64,000 nucleotides of DNA from Patescibacteria group bacterium (GTDB taxonomy: Bacteria; Patescibacteriota; Microgenomatia; UBA12405). Shown here in pieces: positions 26,655 through 36,953 of the stretch. A program made the translations under genes and the position numbers. Within the stretch, counting starts at the first letter, position 1. Each line of letters starts with the position of its first letter. The notes beneath the pieces were generated by a model that made no database searches, was not told the origin of the DNA, and saw nothing but the letters and a program-made list of their open reading frames with translations. The stretch lies in NCBI GenBank assembly GCA_013387215.1, contig WARW01000003.1:10227-74226 (forward strand). The letters run 5' to 3'.

Positions 26655-28196
26655 ATGAAGATTCTTTTTTTTAGAGAAAAAAAATACCGCAAGATTATTG
26701 TGTTAGTTGGTATAGCATTAATAATTGGGTTAGTACTTGCATGGAAAAGATTGCCTGAAAAAAAGTGTGAACACTGCAATATTGTAATGGTAGATATTGA
26801 TGTCTTAAGAGCTGATGAGTTGCCTTGTTATGGATATTCCCGAAACACCACTCCCAATATTTGCCAGTTTGCCAAAAAGGCGACTATTTTTAAAGATAAT
26901 TATTCGACTTCATATTGGACTTTACCTAGTATGTTTTCAACAATTACCTCTATGCTACCCACCTTTCATAAGGTGAGAACTGAATTTATCAACAAACTGT
27001 CCCCTGATACAAAAACACTAGCCGAAGTTTTACATAGCCAGGGATATCGAACAGTATATATTGGCGACGGCCAGAATCCTGCTTTATTAACCAAAGATAA
27101 CGGAGGCTTGAGAGGTTACGATATTGTGACAAAAGAACCGATCGAAAAAGTAATTGCAGATCTTTCAAAAAGCTCACAGCCATGGTTTATCCACTATTAT
27201 TTAGTTGATTTACATATGCCTTATTTATTACCAGAAAATGTGAAACCAATGGAAGATCTGCCAGCTCCAAAAAATTTGCCAATAAACCAAACCGATTTTG
27301 ACCGCATGTTAAATACCTATTTAAAAAAGCACTATAAACAAATATTTAATGAAAAAGCGATTGGAAAATACGGCTCGGTTATTTTAGCTCCAGATAAAGC
27401 AGATGATACCAGTGTGACTAAACTTTTCAACGATTTAAGATGGACTAGTAAAAGCATGACTGAATATTTTATTGACAGCTGGAAGCCTATTTTTAATTCA
27501 TATATGGATTCATTTGATAAGAATAATCCCAATGATGTGGCATATATTAGAATGATGTACGATACAAAATTAAAACTGGCTGACGAGCAACTACAATCTC
27601 TTTTTATAAAATTAGAGACAAAACCATTTTCTGAAAATACGATCTCGATAATTATGTCAGATCATGGAGAAGCGTTTGGAGAACATGGAACTTTTTCCCA
27701 TGACAATAATAGTTATACGGAACTTTATCACACGCCGTTAATAATTCGGGCACCTGGACTGCCTGCTAAAATTGTGGACCAAACTTCAAGCAACCTAGAT
27801 ATTTTTCCAACAGTTTTAGACTTAAATGAAATAAAAAAATTAGACAGTTTTCAGGGAAAATCATTAGTGGACAGTGTCAATAAAAAAACAGAAACTAAAT
27901 CATTTAGTCTAAGCGAATATTCTGATGGTGTAATTTTACAAAACCATGACTGGCTGTATTTCTTACCATTTTGGGTTGATAAGTTTGAAAACTCAATGTT
28001 GTTTGATAGAAATAAAGATCCTAAGGAAAAAAATAATGCAGCAAAACAGAATTTAGAGTTAACTCACTTTCTTTATAAACAAGCTGATTTATTGAGATCT
28101 TATAATGGAATTATTTATAAGCCAGAGGAAATTCCAAGCGATATTAAATTAAATCCTGAAAAAATAGAGCGTCTTAAAAAAGAAGGCTATTTTTAA
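26655..28196 (+). CDS. Membrane-anchored sulfatase-fold enzyme, tandem paralog 3
   Basis: Same architecture. Has CEHC and ends in KEGYF. Confidence 0.7.
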   Translation: MKILFFREKKYRKIIVLVGIALIIGLVLAWKRLPEKKCEHCNIVMVDIDVLRADELPCYGYSRNTTPNICQFAKKATIFKDNYSTSYWTLPSMFSTITSMLPTFHKVRTEFINKLSPDTKTLAEVLHSQGYRTVYIGDGQNPALLTKDNGGLRGYDIVTKEPIEKVIADLSKSSQPWFIHYYLVDLHMPYLLPENVKPMEDLPAPKNLPINQTDFDRMLNTYLKKHYKQIFNEKAIGKYGSVILAPDKADDTSVTKLFNDLRWTSKSMTEYFIDSWKPIFNSYMDSFDKNNPNDVAYIRMMYDTKLKLADEQLQSLFIKLETKPFSENTISIIMSDHGEAFGEHGTFSHDNNSYTELYHTPLIIRAPGLPAKIVDQTSSNLDIFPTVLDLNEIKKLDSFQGKSLVDSVNKKTETKSFSLSEYSDGVILQNHDWLYFLPFWVDKFENSMLFDRNKDPKEKNNAAKQNLELTHFLYKQADLLRSYNGIIYKPEEIPSDIKLNPEKIERLKKEGYF

Positions 28197-28209
28197 ATAA
28201 ATTTGAAAG

Positions 28210-29727
28210 ATGGATAAAAAAATAAGAAATGTTTTATTGGTTTTGTTAATTTTTGTCGTGGGAACGGCAGTATTTGCATTAATAAAGACTAGGACAAAGA
28301 AAACCTGTGATCATTGCAATATTGTGATAATGGATATTGATATTTTAAGAGCTGATGAATTGCCCTGTTACGGATATTCCAGAAATACGACCCCAAATAT
28401 TTGCCAGTTTGCCAAAAAGGCAACTGTTTTTAAGGATAATTATTCAACTTCTGTTTTAACACTACCAGATATGTTTTCGATAATTACATCTCTTTATCCA
28501 ACTTTTCACCATGTGAACACAGCAACAATCGATAAACTTTCAGCAAACATCCCTACTTTGACTGAGATATTGAAAAAAGAAGGCTACAGGACAGTTTTTA
28601 TTGGAGATAGTGAATATTCTGGAACAATAAATAATCAAAACAATGGGCTAAGAGGCTTTGATATGGTGACACAAGAACCGATTGAAAAGGTAATGGAAGA
28701 ATTATCAAAAAGTTCTCAACCATGGTTTATATATTATTACTCAGGCGACTTACATATGCCTTATTTACTGCCGAAAAACACAAAACCGATGGAAAATATG
28801 CCGGCTCCAAAAAACTTACCGATAAACCAAACTGATTTTGATAAACGGTTAAATATTTATTTAAAAAATCACTACAAAGAGGTTTTTAATAAAAAAGCCA
28901 TTAAAGAATATTCTTCAATAATATTATCGCCAGATAAACCAGCAACTGAACTGTTTTATTCCTTAAAAAGTGACAATGAAAAGATGAAAGAATACTTAAT
29001 CGATGTGTGGAAACCTGAGTTTAACGTGTATATGGAATCATTTGATCAAAATAATTCTTCAGAGGTAAGTTATGTCCGAATGATTTATGATACAAAGTTA
29101 AATTTAGTTGATAATAAACTTGAAAAGGTGCTTAAAAAACTGGACACAAAAGAATCAATAAAAAATACGATTACTTTAATTTCATCAAACCACGGAGAAA
29201 GCTTTGGAGAACATGGAAATTTTTCCCATAATTTTAGTCCTCACTCAGAACTTTATTACACTCCATTAATAATTAAAGCGCCACAACTTAAGGCAAAACA
29301 AATCCAAAATACTTCAAGTAATATGGATATCCTACCCACAATTTTGGATTTAACTGGAATAAAAAAGTTAGACAGTTTTCAAGGAAACTCATTGATCGCT
29401 AGTATTAATCAAAAAGAAAACTTAGAAAATTTTGCCATGAGTGAATATTGGGGAAATATAATTTTACAAAATAAAAAATGGCTATATTTTTTACCAGCAG
29501 AAGCTAAATACATTGAGCAATCAATGCTTTTTAATAAAGAGAATGATAAAGATGAAAATACCAATGTGTCGATGCAAAATACAGAACTAGTAAAGATGCT
29601 TTACAAAAGGGCGGATTTGCTACGTTCTTATAGTGGAATTAATTATAAAATAGAAACTATTCCTACTAATGAAATAAAAATAGATCCTGAAAAAATTAAG
29701 AGGATTCAAAAAGAAGGATATTTTTAA
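28210..29727 (+). CDS. Membrane-anchored sulfatase-fold enzyme, tandem paralog 4
   Basis: Same architecture, with SNHGESFGEHG. Has CDHC and ends in KEGYF. Confidence 0.7.
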   Translation: MDKKIRNVLLVLLIFVVGTAVFALIKTRTKKTCDHCNIVIMDIDILRADELPCYGYSRNTTPNICQFAKKATVFKDNYSTSVLTLPDMFSIITSLYPTFHHVNTATIDKLSANIPTLTEILKKEGYRTVFIGDSEYSGTINNQNNGLRGFDMVTQEPIEKVMEELSKSSQPWFIYYYSGDLHMPYLLPKNTKPMENMPAPKNLPINQTDFDKRLNIYLKNHYKEVFNKKAIKEYSSIILSPDKPATELFYSLKSDNEKMKEYLIDVWKPEFNVYMESFDQNNSSEVSYVRMIYDTKLNLVDNKLEKVLKKLDTKESIKNTITLISSNHGESFGEHGNFSHNFSPHSELYYTPLIIKAPQLKAKQIQNTSSNMDILPTILDLTGIKKLDSFQGNSLIASINQKENLENFAMSEYWGNIILQNKKWLYFLPAEAKYIEQSMLFNKENDKDENTNVSMQNTELVKMLYKRADLLRSYSGINYKIETIPTNEIKIDPEKIKRIQKEGYF

Positions 29728-31292
29728 TGAAAGGCTTTTTAAGTAGAAAAAAACTTTTGTTGCTAGCATTATTGATTTTATTGTCGATAGTAATTGGTTT
29801 TGGATCGTGGACTTTTTATAAAAAAACAGAAAATAAGTCCGAAAAAAAGTGCGAGAATTGCAACATAATGCTTATTGATATTGATATTTTAAGAGGTGAT
29901 GAATTATCCTGTTTGGGATATTCCCGAAATACCACCCCAAACATTTGTGAATTTGCCAAAAATGGAGCTGTTTTTAAGGATAATTATTCGACTTCATATT
30001 GGACTCTTCCAAGTATATTTTCAACCATGACTTCTTTGTATCCGACTTTTCATGGGATGCAAAATGCAGGCAAGGATATTCTCTCTCCAAACATTACAAC
30101 TTTGGCTGAGGTGTTACATAAAAAAGGATATATGACGGTTATGGTAAACGGAAATAAAGATACAATGCAAATGCTGTTTGGCGATAATGAGGGTTTGAGA
30201 GGCTTTGAAATGGTTACAGCTGATCCGGTTGAAAAAGTTATAGATGACTTATCAAAAGACAATAGACCTTGGTTTATTTATTACTATAACTCAGAGCTGC
30301 ACTTTCCATATTTATTGCCAGAAAACACAAAACCGATGGAAGATTTGCCAGCTCCAAAAAATTTACCAATAAACCAAACTGATTTTGATACTTTACTAAA
30401 TAAATATTTAAAGACTCATTATACAGAAATATTTAAGCCAAAGATAATTGATAAGTACGGTTCGATTATTTTAGGGTCAAATAAAGAAGATGATATGGGT
30501 ATGGTGAAAATGTTTAATACTTTAAAAGCGGATCCTTCAAAAGTAAGCGAATATTTTATTAATGACTGGAATGCAAATTACCAAACTTACATGGAGTCGT
30601 TTGATCAAAATAATCCATCTGACGTTAAATATGTGCGAATGCTTTACGATACAAAATTAAAATTACTTGATAATAAAATGGGAAGTGTTTTACAAAAATT
30701 AAATTCGAAACAGCTTTCAGAAAATACAATCACAGTTATTACTTCAGACCATGGAGAAAATTTTGGAGAACATGGTTTTTTTACCCATATTGCCGATTTT
30801 CATTCCGAAGTGTTTTATATTCCATTAATTATTAAATCACCCAACATTTTACCGACAACAATCGAGCAAACAACAAGTAATATTGACATATTCCCTACTC
30901 TTTTAGATTTAACTGGCATCAATAGCCCGGGCGGACTACAAGGGATTTCTTTAGTTCCGTATATTAATAATCAGCACACAGAAAAACAATCATTTGCTAT
31001 GAGTGAATATTGGGGAAATGTGATTTTAGAGAATCATGATTGGCTGTATTTTTTACCTAAAGATGAGCAAGGTGTAGTCAAACCCACGTTCTATGACAGA
31101 ATTAAAGATCCGGCAGAAAAAGAAAATGTCATAGATAAATATCCTGAGATGGTAAATTCCCTTTATAAACAAGCCAGCCTGCTTCGCTCTTATAATGTTT
31201 TCTATGAAAATAAACCAATAGTAAAACCTGATGTAATCAAAAACATTGATAAAGTAAAATTAGATCGATTAAGGAAAGAAGGTTATTTTTAA
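29727..31292 (+). CDS. Membrane-anchored sulfatase-fold enzyme, tandem paralog 5
   Basis: Same architecture. Has CENC and ends in KEGYF. Confidence 0.7.
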   Translation: MKGFLSRKKLLLLALLILLSIVIGFGSWTFYKKTENKSEKKCENCNIMLIDIDILRGDELSCLGYSRNTTPNICEFAKNGAVFKDNYSTSYWTLPSIFSTMTSLYPTFHGMQNAGKDILSPNITTLAEVLHKKGYMTVMVNGNKDTMQMLFGDNEGLRGFEMVTADPVEKVIDDLSKDNRPWFIYYYNSELHFPYLLPENTKPMEDLPAPKNLPINQTDFDTLLNKYLKTHYTEIFKPKIIDKYGSIILGSNKEDDMGMVKMFNTLKADPSKVSEYFINDWNANYQTYMESFDQNNPSDVKYVRMLYDTKLKLLDNKMGSVLQKLNSKQLSENTITVITSDHGENFGEHGFFTHIADFHSEVFYIPLIIKSPNILPTTIEQTTSNIDIFPTLLDLTGINSPGGLQGISLVPYINNQHTEKQSFAMSEYWGNVILENHDWLYFLPKDEQGVVKPTFYDRIKDPAEKENVIDKYPEMVNSLYKQASLLRSYNVFYENKPIVKPDVIKNIDKVKLDRLRKEGYF

Positions 31293-31298
31293 AAACAG

Positions 31299-32831
31299 AT
31301 GAAAAAAAAGATAAGTTTATTATTAATTGGATTAATGGTTTTTTTTACAATCGCTGCTTTTTTAATAAAAAAAGAAGTTATTAATAAACCTAAAATCTGC
31401 AAGCATTGCAATATCATGCTTATTGATGTGGATGTATTGAGAGGAGATGAATTGCCCTGCTATGGATATTCCCGAAACACCACCCCAAACATTTGTGAAT
31501 TTGCCAAAAATGGAGCTGTTTTTAAGGATAATTATTCGAACTCAATAATGACGCTGCCAAGTATGTTTTCCACTATCACTTCGCTTTATTTAACTTTTCA
31601 TAAAGTAGAAGTAAGTTTTGCTGATAGACTTTCGATAAAAATACCAACTTTAGCAGAGACATTACAAAAAGAAGGATATAGAACTGTATTTATAGGCAAA
31701 AGCGATGACCCTTCCACACTAAACCAAGAAAATGGAGGTTTACGAGGTTATGATTTAGTGACTCAAGATTCAATCGATAAGGTTGTGGACGATTTATCAA
31801 AAAGTTCTCAACCTTGGTTTGTGCACTACTATAATTCAGATTTACATATGCCCTATTTATTGTATGATGGCATGAAACCAATGGAAAATTTGCCAGCTCC
31901 GAAAAATATGCCAATCAGTTATTCGGATTTCGATAAACTGTTAAATACTTATTTAAAAAAACATTCAACTGAAATATTTAATAAAAAAGCAATTGAGGAA
32001 TATTCATCAACAATATTGGCACCAGATAAAGAAAACGATGTGAGCGTGACCCAGCTTTTTTATACCCTTCGCAATGATCCTAATAAAATGAAAAAATATT
32101 TAATTGATGGCTGGAAACCGATTTTTGATTCTTATATGGGATCGTTTGATAAAAATAATGAAAAAGATTTGGCTTATTTAAGGATGATGTATGATTCTAA
32201 TCTTAATTTGGTGGACAAAAAGTTGGAGCCAGTTTTGAATAAATTAAAATCAAAATTATTAGCAAAAAACACTATAAGTATATTTATGTCAGACCATGGC
32301 GAAGCTTTTGGTGAACACGGAACTTTTACTCACGACTACAACCATCACACAGAGCTATTTTATACACCATTAATAATTAAAAGTCCTAGTTTTTCAGGAA
32401 AAGTGATTGACCAAACTACAAGTAATATCGATATTTTTCCAACTATTCTCGAACTTGCAGGAATTAGAGACCCAGGTGTTTTACAAGGACAATCGTTGGT
32501 TCCGCATATGAAGGGAGTGGCCGAAAATTCAAGACCATTTGCCATAAGTGAATATTACAATGGCACGGTTTTACAAAACCATAACTGGTTTTATTATTTA
32601 CTGAACAGTGAAAATATTGAAAATTCGATACTTTATGACAAAATAAATGATCCTTTGGAAAAGGATAATGTATCTTTAAAACATCCAGACTTAACAATGA
32701 ATCTTTTCAAACAAGCAGATATTTTGCGTGTATATAATAGAAATTATAATAAGGAAGAGATTCTAAGATCCGAAAAGACTGGATTAGATCAGACAAAAAT
32801 AAAAAGGATTCAAAAAGAAGGATATTTTTAA
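31299..32831 (+). CDS. Membrane-anchored sulfatase-fold enzyme, tandem paralog 6
   Basis: Same architecture. Has CKHC and ends in KEGYF. Confidence 0.7.
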   Translation: MKKKISLLLIGLMVFFTIAAFLIKKEVINKPKICKHCNIMLIDVDVLRGDELPCYGYSRNTTPNICEFAKNGAVFKDNYSNSIMTLPSMFSTITSLYLTFHKVEVSFADRLSIKIPTLAETLQKEGYRTVFIGKSDDPSTLNQENGGLRGYDLVTQDSIDKVVDDLSKSSQPWFVHYYNSDLHMPYLLYDGMKPMENLPAPKNMPISYSDFDKLLNTYLKKHSTEIFNKKAIEEYSSTILAPDKENDVSVTQLFYTLRNDPNKMKKYLIDGWKPIFDSYMGSFDKNNEKDLAYLRMMYDSNLNLVDKKLEPVLNKLKSKLLAKNTISIFMSDHGEAFGEHGTFTHDYNHHTELFYTPLIIKSPSFSGKVIDQTTSNIDIFPTILELAGIRDPGVLQGQSLVPHMKGVAENSRPFAISEYYNGTVLQNHNWFYYLLNSENIENSILYDKINDPLEKDNVSLKHPDLTMNLFKQADILRVYNRNYNKEEILRSEKTGLDQTKIKRIQKEGYF

Positions 32832-32838
32832 AAAATAA

Positions 32839-34227
32839 ATGAAAAAAAATTATTTTTATATAGTTTTGGCAATTTTTAGCGGATTAATGATGTTCCCCCA
32901 ATTGATGATTAAGTACCCTTCTTTAATTGATGATGGAGTTAATTTTTTAACAGTAAAAAACAATAATTTTTTTCAAATATTTTGGCACCAACTATTTATT
33001 GATGAAAGAACAAGACCATTACAACTGATTTTTAGAAAAATACTTTTTGAAATTTGGGGATTTAATATATCGGGGAATTTTTTGGCTTACACCTTATTAC
33101 TTTTTGGAGTTGGGGTTATGGTTTGGAAAATTTTGGAAGGCATATTTAATGACAATAAAATAAAATGGTTAAGCCTTTTACTGTTTACTTTACCAGGAGT
33201 TTATGCGAATTTTTATCGTTTAGGCACAGATGAAACTATACAATTATTTTCAATTTTGGTAGTTATTGCCTTAGTAATCAGAAAGAAGTGGAAATGGGGC
33301 ATGATTGTGATGTTAATAAGTTTATTAACGAAGGAAACTTCTATTTTATTTTTGATGGCTCTTTTAGTGTTTTATTTGGTAAACAAACGAAAAAAAGAAG
33401 CGGTTTGGGGTGTGATTGGAGCTGGATTATTTATTTTTTTAGTCTGTTTTAAATATCAGTTTTATGAATCGGCAACATATATCCGAACTGGAGAATTATC
33501 TTGGAAACATATAATGTATAGTTTTACCTCTCACCCAGTCTTGGCAATACTGGTGATTGTTTTGCCAATTTTACTTTGGATAAAAAGAAAGGCTTTGGGA
33601 GAAAGAAATGCCTTATTAATGGCCTTATTAATTAGCAGTTGTATTGGAGAAATTGTAATTTGGGATGTAAGACAGGAATACTACTGGTTAATAATAGAAG
33701 TATTAATCTCGATTGGAATTGCGATGGCTCTTAGTCAAATAAAATATTGGCCGTTAATGCTGGTAATGTTGGCGTACTTAAATTTTAATAACACCATGTA
33801 TGAGATTAAGTATTGGCACGGAAAATATCTGAAAGACGAAGTCTTGGTTGAATATTTACTCAACAAAAATTGGAAAAATACAAATGTTTATATAGACGAT
33901 AATGATTTTGAAGAAAACGATAAGATACGCTATTATATTAGTTCCTGGAACACTGGGGCAAAAAGTATTTATCCAGATACTGATATTTGGCTAGTAAATC
34001 AAACTAAAAAAGATAGAAATTATTTTATCGAAACAGCCAAAAATTCAATTAAGCTATTTAACGAAAATAAAACCAATAGCGTTTTGATTTCAAATAATGA
34101 AGAAGATTTATATAAAATGGGAAAAGAACTTTCAGTTGATTTTCAGCAAGCAGCTAGAAAAATATGCGGAAAGTCATGGTTGCTTTCTAATCCCGATTGT
34201 TTTTTGATTATTGAAAAGAATCAATAA
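32839..34227 (+). CDS. GT-C-like polytopic membrane protein (PMT_2/ArnT-like)
   Basis: 462 aa with roughly 10 TM helices. Composition is similar to the other GT-C-like proteins in the window. Lies immediately downstream of the paralog array. Confidence 0.4.
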   Translation: MKKNYFYIVLAIFSGLMMFPQLMIKYPSLIDDGVNFLTVKNNNFFQIFWHQLFIDERTRPLQLIFRKILFEIWGFNISGNFLAYTLLLFGVGVMVWKILEGIFNDNKIKWLSLLLFTLPGVYANFYRLGTDETIQLFSILVVIALVIRKKWKWGMIVMLISLLTKETSILFLMALLVFYLVNKRKKEAVWGVIGAGLFIFLVCFKYQFYESATYIRTGELSWKHIMYSFTSHPVLAILVIVLPILLWIKRKALGERNALLMALLISSCIGEIVIWDVRQEYYWLIIEVLISIGIAMALSQIKYWPLMLVMLAYLNFNNTMYEIKYWHGKYLKDEVLVEYLLNKNWKNTNVYIDDNDFEENDKIRYYISSWNTGAKSIYPDTDIWLVNQTKKDRNYFIETAKNSIKLFNENKTNSVLISNNEEDLYKMGKELSVDFQQAARKICGKSWLLSNPDCFLIIEKNQ

Positions 34228-34236
34228 TAATTCGAT

Positions 34237-34704
34237 TTACTTGATTGCTTTTTCGCGATGACAGACCAAATTCTGTTGGTGCTTCTTTTCTAAATAATCA
34301 GGAATAGATTGGGCAGTTTTTTGATAATAGCTATAGATGGCTTCAGTGAGAGCGTCAGCGGCTAAAAGGGAACAATGAATTTTGACAACCGGAAGATTGT
34401 CGAGAGCTTTGATAACATCTTGATTACCAATTTTTAGAGCATCTTCAAGAGTCTTGTTTTTAGCCAAATCAGTGACCACACTACTGGTAGCAATAGCAGC
34501 AGCGCAACCAAGGGTCTCGAATTTAACATCTTCAATAAATTCTTTGCCTTCCGAATTTTTAGAAATTTTTAAATATAGTTTCATAACATCACCGCAAGTC
34601 AGATTGCCAACCTCGCCAACTGCGTCCGCATTGCTAATAGAGCCAAAATTATGGGGATTTCGAAAATGTTCTAAAACTTTTGGAGAGTAAGATAAATTGG
34701 TCAT
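34237..34704 (-). CDS. iscU: Fe-S cluster scaffold protein, NifU/IscU family
   Basis: GNLTCGDVM, TLGCAAAIA and KIHCSLLA give the three conserved Cys of U-type scaffolds. Confidence 0.8.
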   Translation of the reverse strand: MTNLSYSPKVLEHFRNPHNFGSISNADAVGEVGNLTCGDVMKLYLKISKNSEGKEFIEDVKFETLGCAAAIATSSVVTDLAKNKTLEDALKIGNQDVIKALDNLPVVKIHCSLLAADALTEAIYSYYQKTAQSIPDYLEKKHQQNLVCHREKAIK

Positions 34705-35864
34705 AGTTTAAATGGAGATAAAATTCTAAATTTATTAATAACTTGAGGAATGACTTCTAGAAGATAATCGATCTCTTCTTCCGTAGTCCAGCGACCAATA
34801 CTAAAACGAAGTGAACCGTGAGCCTGGTGGGCTTTTAAACCGGTAGCTAATAGAACATGGCTTGGCTCCAAAGAGTTAGAGGAACAAGCAGAACCAGTTG
34901 AGCAAGCAATACCGGCAAAATCGAGCTGAAGCATCAAGGACTCCCCTTCAACTTTTGAGAATGAAATATTAATATTATTTGAAAGCCTTTGAGTTGGATG
35001 GCCGTTTAGATAGCTGCCTTCAATAGAAGTTAAAATACTATTAATTAATTTATCGCGAAGTTTAGTCAATCTTTCTGTTTCTTGGGGCATTTCTTCAATA
35101 CAAAGTTCAGCTGCCTTGGCAAAGCCAGCAATTAAGGGCACGTTTACAGTGGAGGAACGAAGGCCATATTCGTGACCACCACCATGTAGAAGCGGTTCAA
35201 TTTTAGTGCCTGATTTTATATAAAGAAGAGCTACTCCTTTGGGACCATAAATTTTGTGTGAAGAAGCGGTTAATAAATCTAAATTCATTTTTTGAACATC
35301 AATTGGGGTTTTTCCAAAACTCTGGGAAGCGTCAGTGTGAAAATAGACTTTATTTTCTTTACAAATTTTACCGATGGCTTCCAAGTCCTGAATAGTACCA
35401 ATTTCATTGTTGCCATGAATTATGGAAACTAAAATTGTATCGGGGCGAATAGATAATTTTAGAGCTTCAAGATCGATCAAACCAAATTTATCGACTGGCA
35501 CTTTAGTAATTTCAAAACCCATTTTTTTAAGCCAATTAGAGCTTTCAACAATACAATCGTGTTCAATTGAAGAAATAATAATATGCTTGCCTTTTTTTTG
35601 ATTGGCAAAAGCAATACCCTTTAAAACAGTGTTGTTAGATTCGGTTGCAGAACCAGTAAAAATTATTTCTTGAGGCTTAGAATTAAGAATTTTAGCAAAA
35701 GTATTTCGACTTTCTTCCACAATTTCTGAAGCTTTCTGGCCAAAGGAATGAAGCGACATGGTGTTGCCACAAAAATCGAATTCAAATAATGGCAACATGG
35801 TCTTTAACACCCGAGGGTCTAAAGGAGTTGAAGCAGCATAGTCGAAATAGATTTGTTTATTCAT
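34701..35864 (-). CDS. Cysteine desulfurase (NifS/IscS class)
   Basis: Aminotransferase class V with the PLP-lysine motif SSHKIYGPKG and active-site Cys near SACSS. Confidence 0.85.
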   Translation of the reverse strand: MNKQIYFDYAASTPLDPRVLKTMLPLFEFDFCGNTMSLHSFGQKASEIVEESRNTFAKILNSKPQEIIFTGSATESNNTVLKGIAFANQKKGKHIIISSIEHDCIVESSNWLKKMGFEITKVPVDKFGLIDLEALKLSIRPDTILVSIIHGNNEIGTIQDLEAIGKICKENKVYFHTDASQSFGKTPIDVQKMNLDLLTASSHKIYGPKGVALLYIKSGTKIEPLLHGGGHEYGLRSSTVNVPLIAGFAKAAELCIEEMPQETERLTKLRDKLINSILTSIEGSYLNGHPTQRLSNNINISFSKVEGESLMLQLDFAGIACSTGSACSSNSLEPSHVLLATGLKAHQAHGSLRFSIGRWTTEEEIDYLLEVIPQVINKFRILSPFKL

Positions 35865-36258
35865 TTTCAGAAACTAAACTTAATAACGAAATAGAATTTA
35901 AAGTGGCAATAAAACCGTCTTGAATTTTCTTCCACATTCTTTGGGTTAAACATTTTTGACTGTCGGGACAATTAAAATGACCATCAACACATTTAACAGG
36001 GGTAAATTTGCCTTCTAACGATTGCATGATTTCGCCAACGGTAATATTTTTTGGTTCACGGCTTAAAGTGTAGCCACCAAGTACTCCCCTTTTAACAGTG
36101 AGTAAGCCGTCTTTTTTAAGTTTAGAAAATATTTTTTCTAGGTATTCAAAAGGAATTTTTTCCACATCAGATATTTCTTTGGTTGAGCAACATTTGTTGT
36201 GCAAAGCTAAATAAGCCATTGCTTTGAGCCCATAACGGGAACGGGTTGATATTTTCAT
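35857..36258 (-). CDS. Rrf2-family transcriptional regulator (IscR-like)
   Basis: MKISTRSRYGLKAMAYLA Rrf2 N-terminus with Cys residues later in the sequence. Heads the Fe-S operon. Confidence 0.75.
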   Translation of the reverse strand: MKISTRSRYGLKAMAYLALHNKCCSTKEISDVEKIPFEYLEKIFSKLKKDGLLTVKRGVLGGYTLSREPKNITVGEIMQSLEGKFTPVKCVDGHFNCPDSQKCLTQRMWKKIQDGFIATLNSISLLSLVSENE

Positions 36259-36283
36259 AAAACTGGACTAATTTAGTCCGATT

Positions 36284-36910
36284 TTATATAGAAACGGAAA
36301 GCTTGTCAACAAGATAGTTGTCGATGATTGGTTTAAATTCGAGATAGTTTTTAAAAATTATTCCATTAATTCCCAGTTTTTGAGCAGCCTCAACATTTTC
36401 AGGCTTGTCATCAATAAATATAATTTCCTCTGGTTTATAATCTCCGTACTGAAAAATATTTTGATAAATTTCTGGATTTGGTTTTCGTTGATGAACAGCC
36501 CAAGATAAGATAGAGTAATCAAAATAGGGTTCGATATATTTTTTAAAATAATTGCCAATAAAGTTTTCGGTGTTAGAAAGGCAAGCAACTTTAAGACCTG
36601 ATTCTTGGATGGTTTTGATTAAATCAAGCATGTTTTTATCAAGGTATGAATTGAAAAGGTCGGCGTTACCAAAAATGTCGTCTATTTTTTTCATGAAATC
36701 TTTGGGGTCAACACTGGGGGCCAAAACCTTAAACCAATCTTCGATCTGGGTTTGTCCAGTTTCAAAACCAAGATAGACTTTTTCGTATTCATTTCGAAAA
36801 TCATTAAAAGAAATGTCAGCTAAAATCGACCAAGATAAAAATAATTGATCGAATAAAGGGCGAAATTCCCAAATAACATTACCAATATCAAAAACATAAA
36901 ATTTGATCAT
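36284..36910 (-). CDS. HAD-superfamily hydrolase-like protein
   Basis: Motif II CLSNT, motif IV IFIDDKPENVEAA, and an atypical motif I FDIGNV. Confidence 0.5.
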   Translation of the reverse strand: MIKFYVFDIGNVIWEFRPLFDQLFLSWSILADISFNDFRNEYEKVYLGFETGQTQIEDWFKVLAPSVDPKDFMKKIDDIFGNADLFNSYLDKNMLDLIKTIQESGLKVACLSNTENFIGNYFKKYIEPYFDYSILSWAVHQRKPNPEIYQNIFQYGDYKPEEIIFIDDKPENVEAAQKLGINGIIFKNYLEFKPIIDNYLVDKLSVSI

Positions 36911-36953
36911 GGGAAAATTTTAAACTAGAGCCAGGAAAAAGTATAATACTTGT

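Noticed and set aside
23494-32831. Calling the tandem paralogs arylsulfatases
   Set aside because: The fold blocks match PF00884-like enzymes, but the CxPxR formylglycine motif is replaced by (S/T)YWTLPS with Thr at the nucleophile position. No FGE/anSME gene is nearby. They are better described as Thr-type AP-superfamily phospho-/sulfo-esterase or transferase homologs of unknown specificity.
22032-32831. CRISPR array or other nucleotide-level tandem repeat in the periodic ~1.55-kb region
   Set aside because: The periodicity comes from full-length protein-coding paralogs with diverged sequences and no short direct repeats/spacers. No cas genes are present anywhere in the window.
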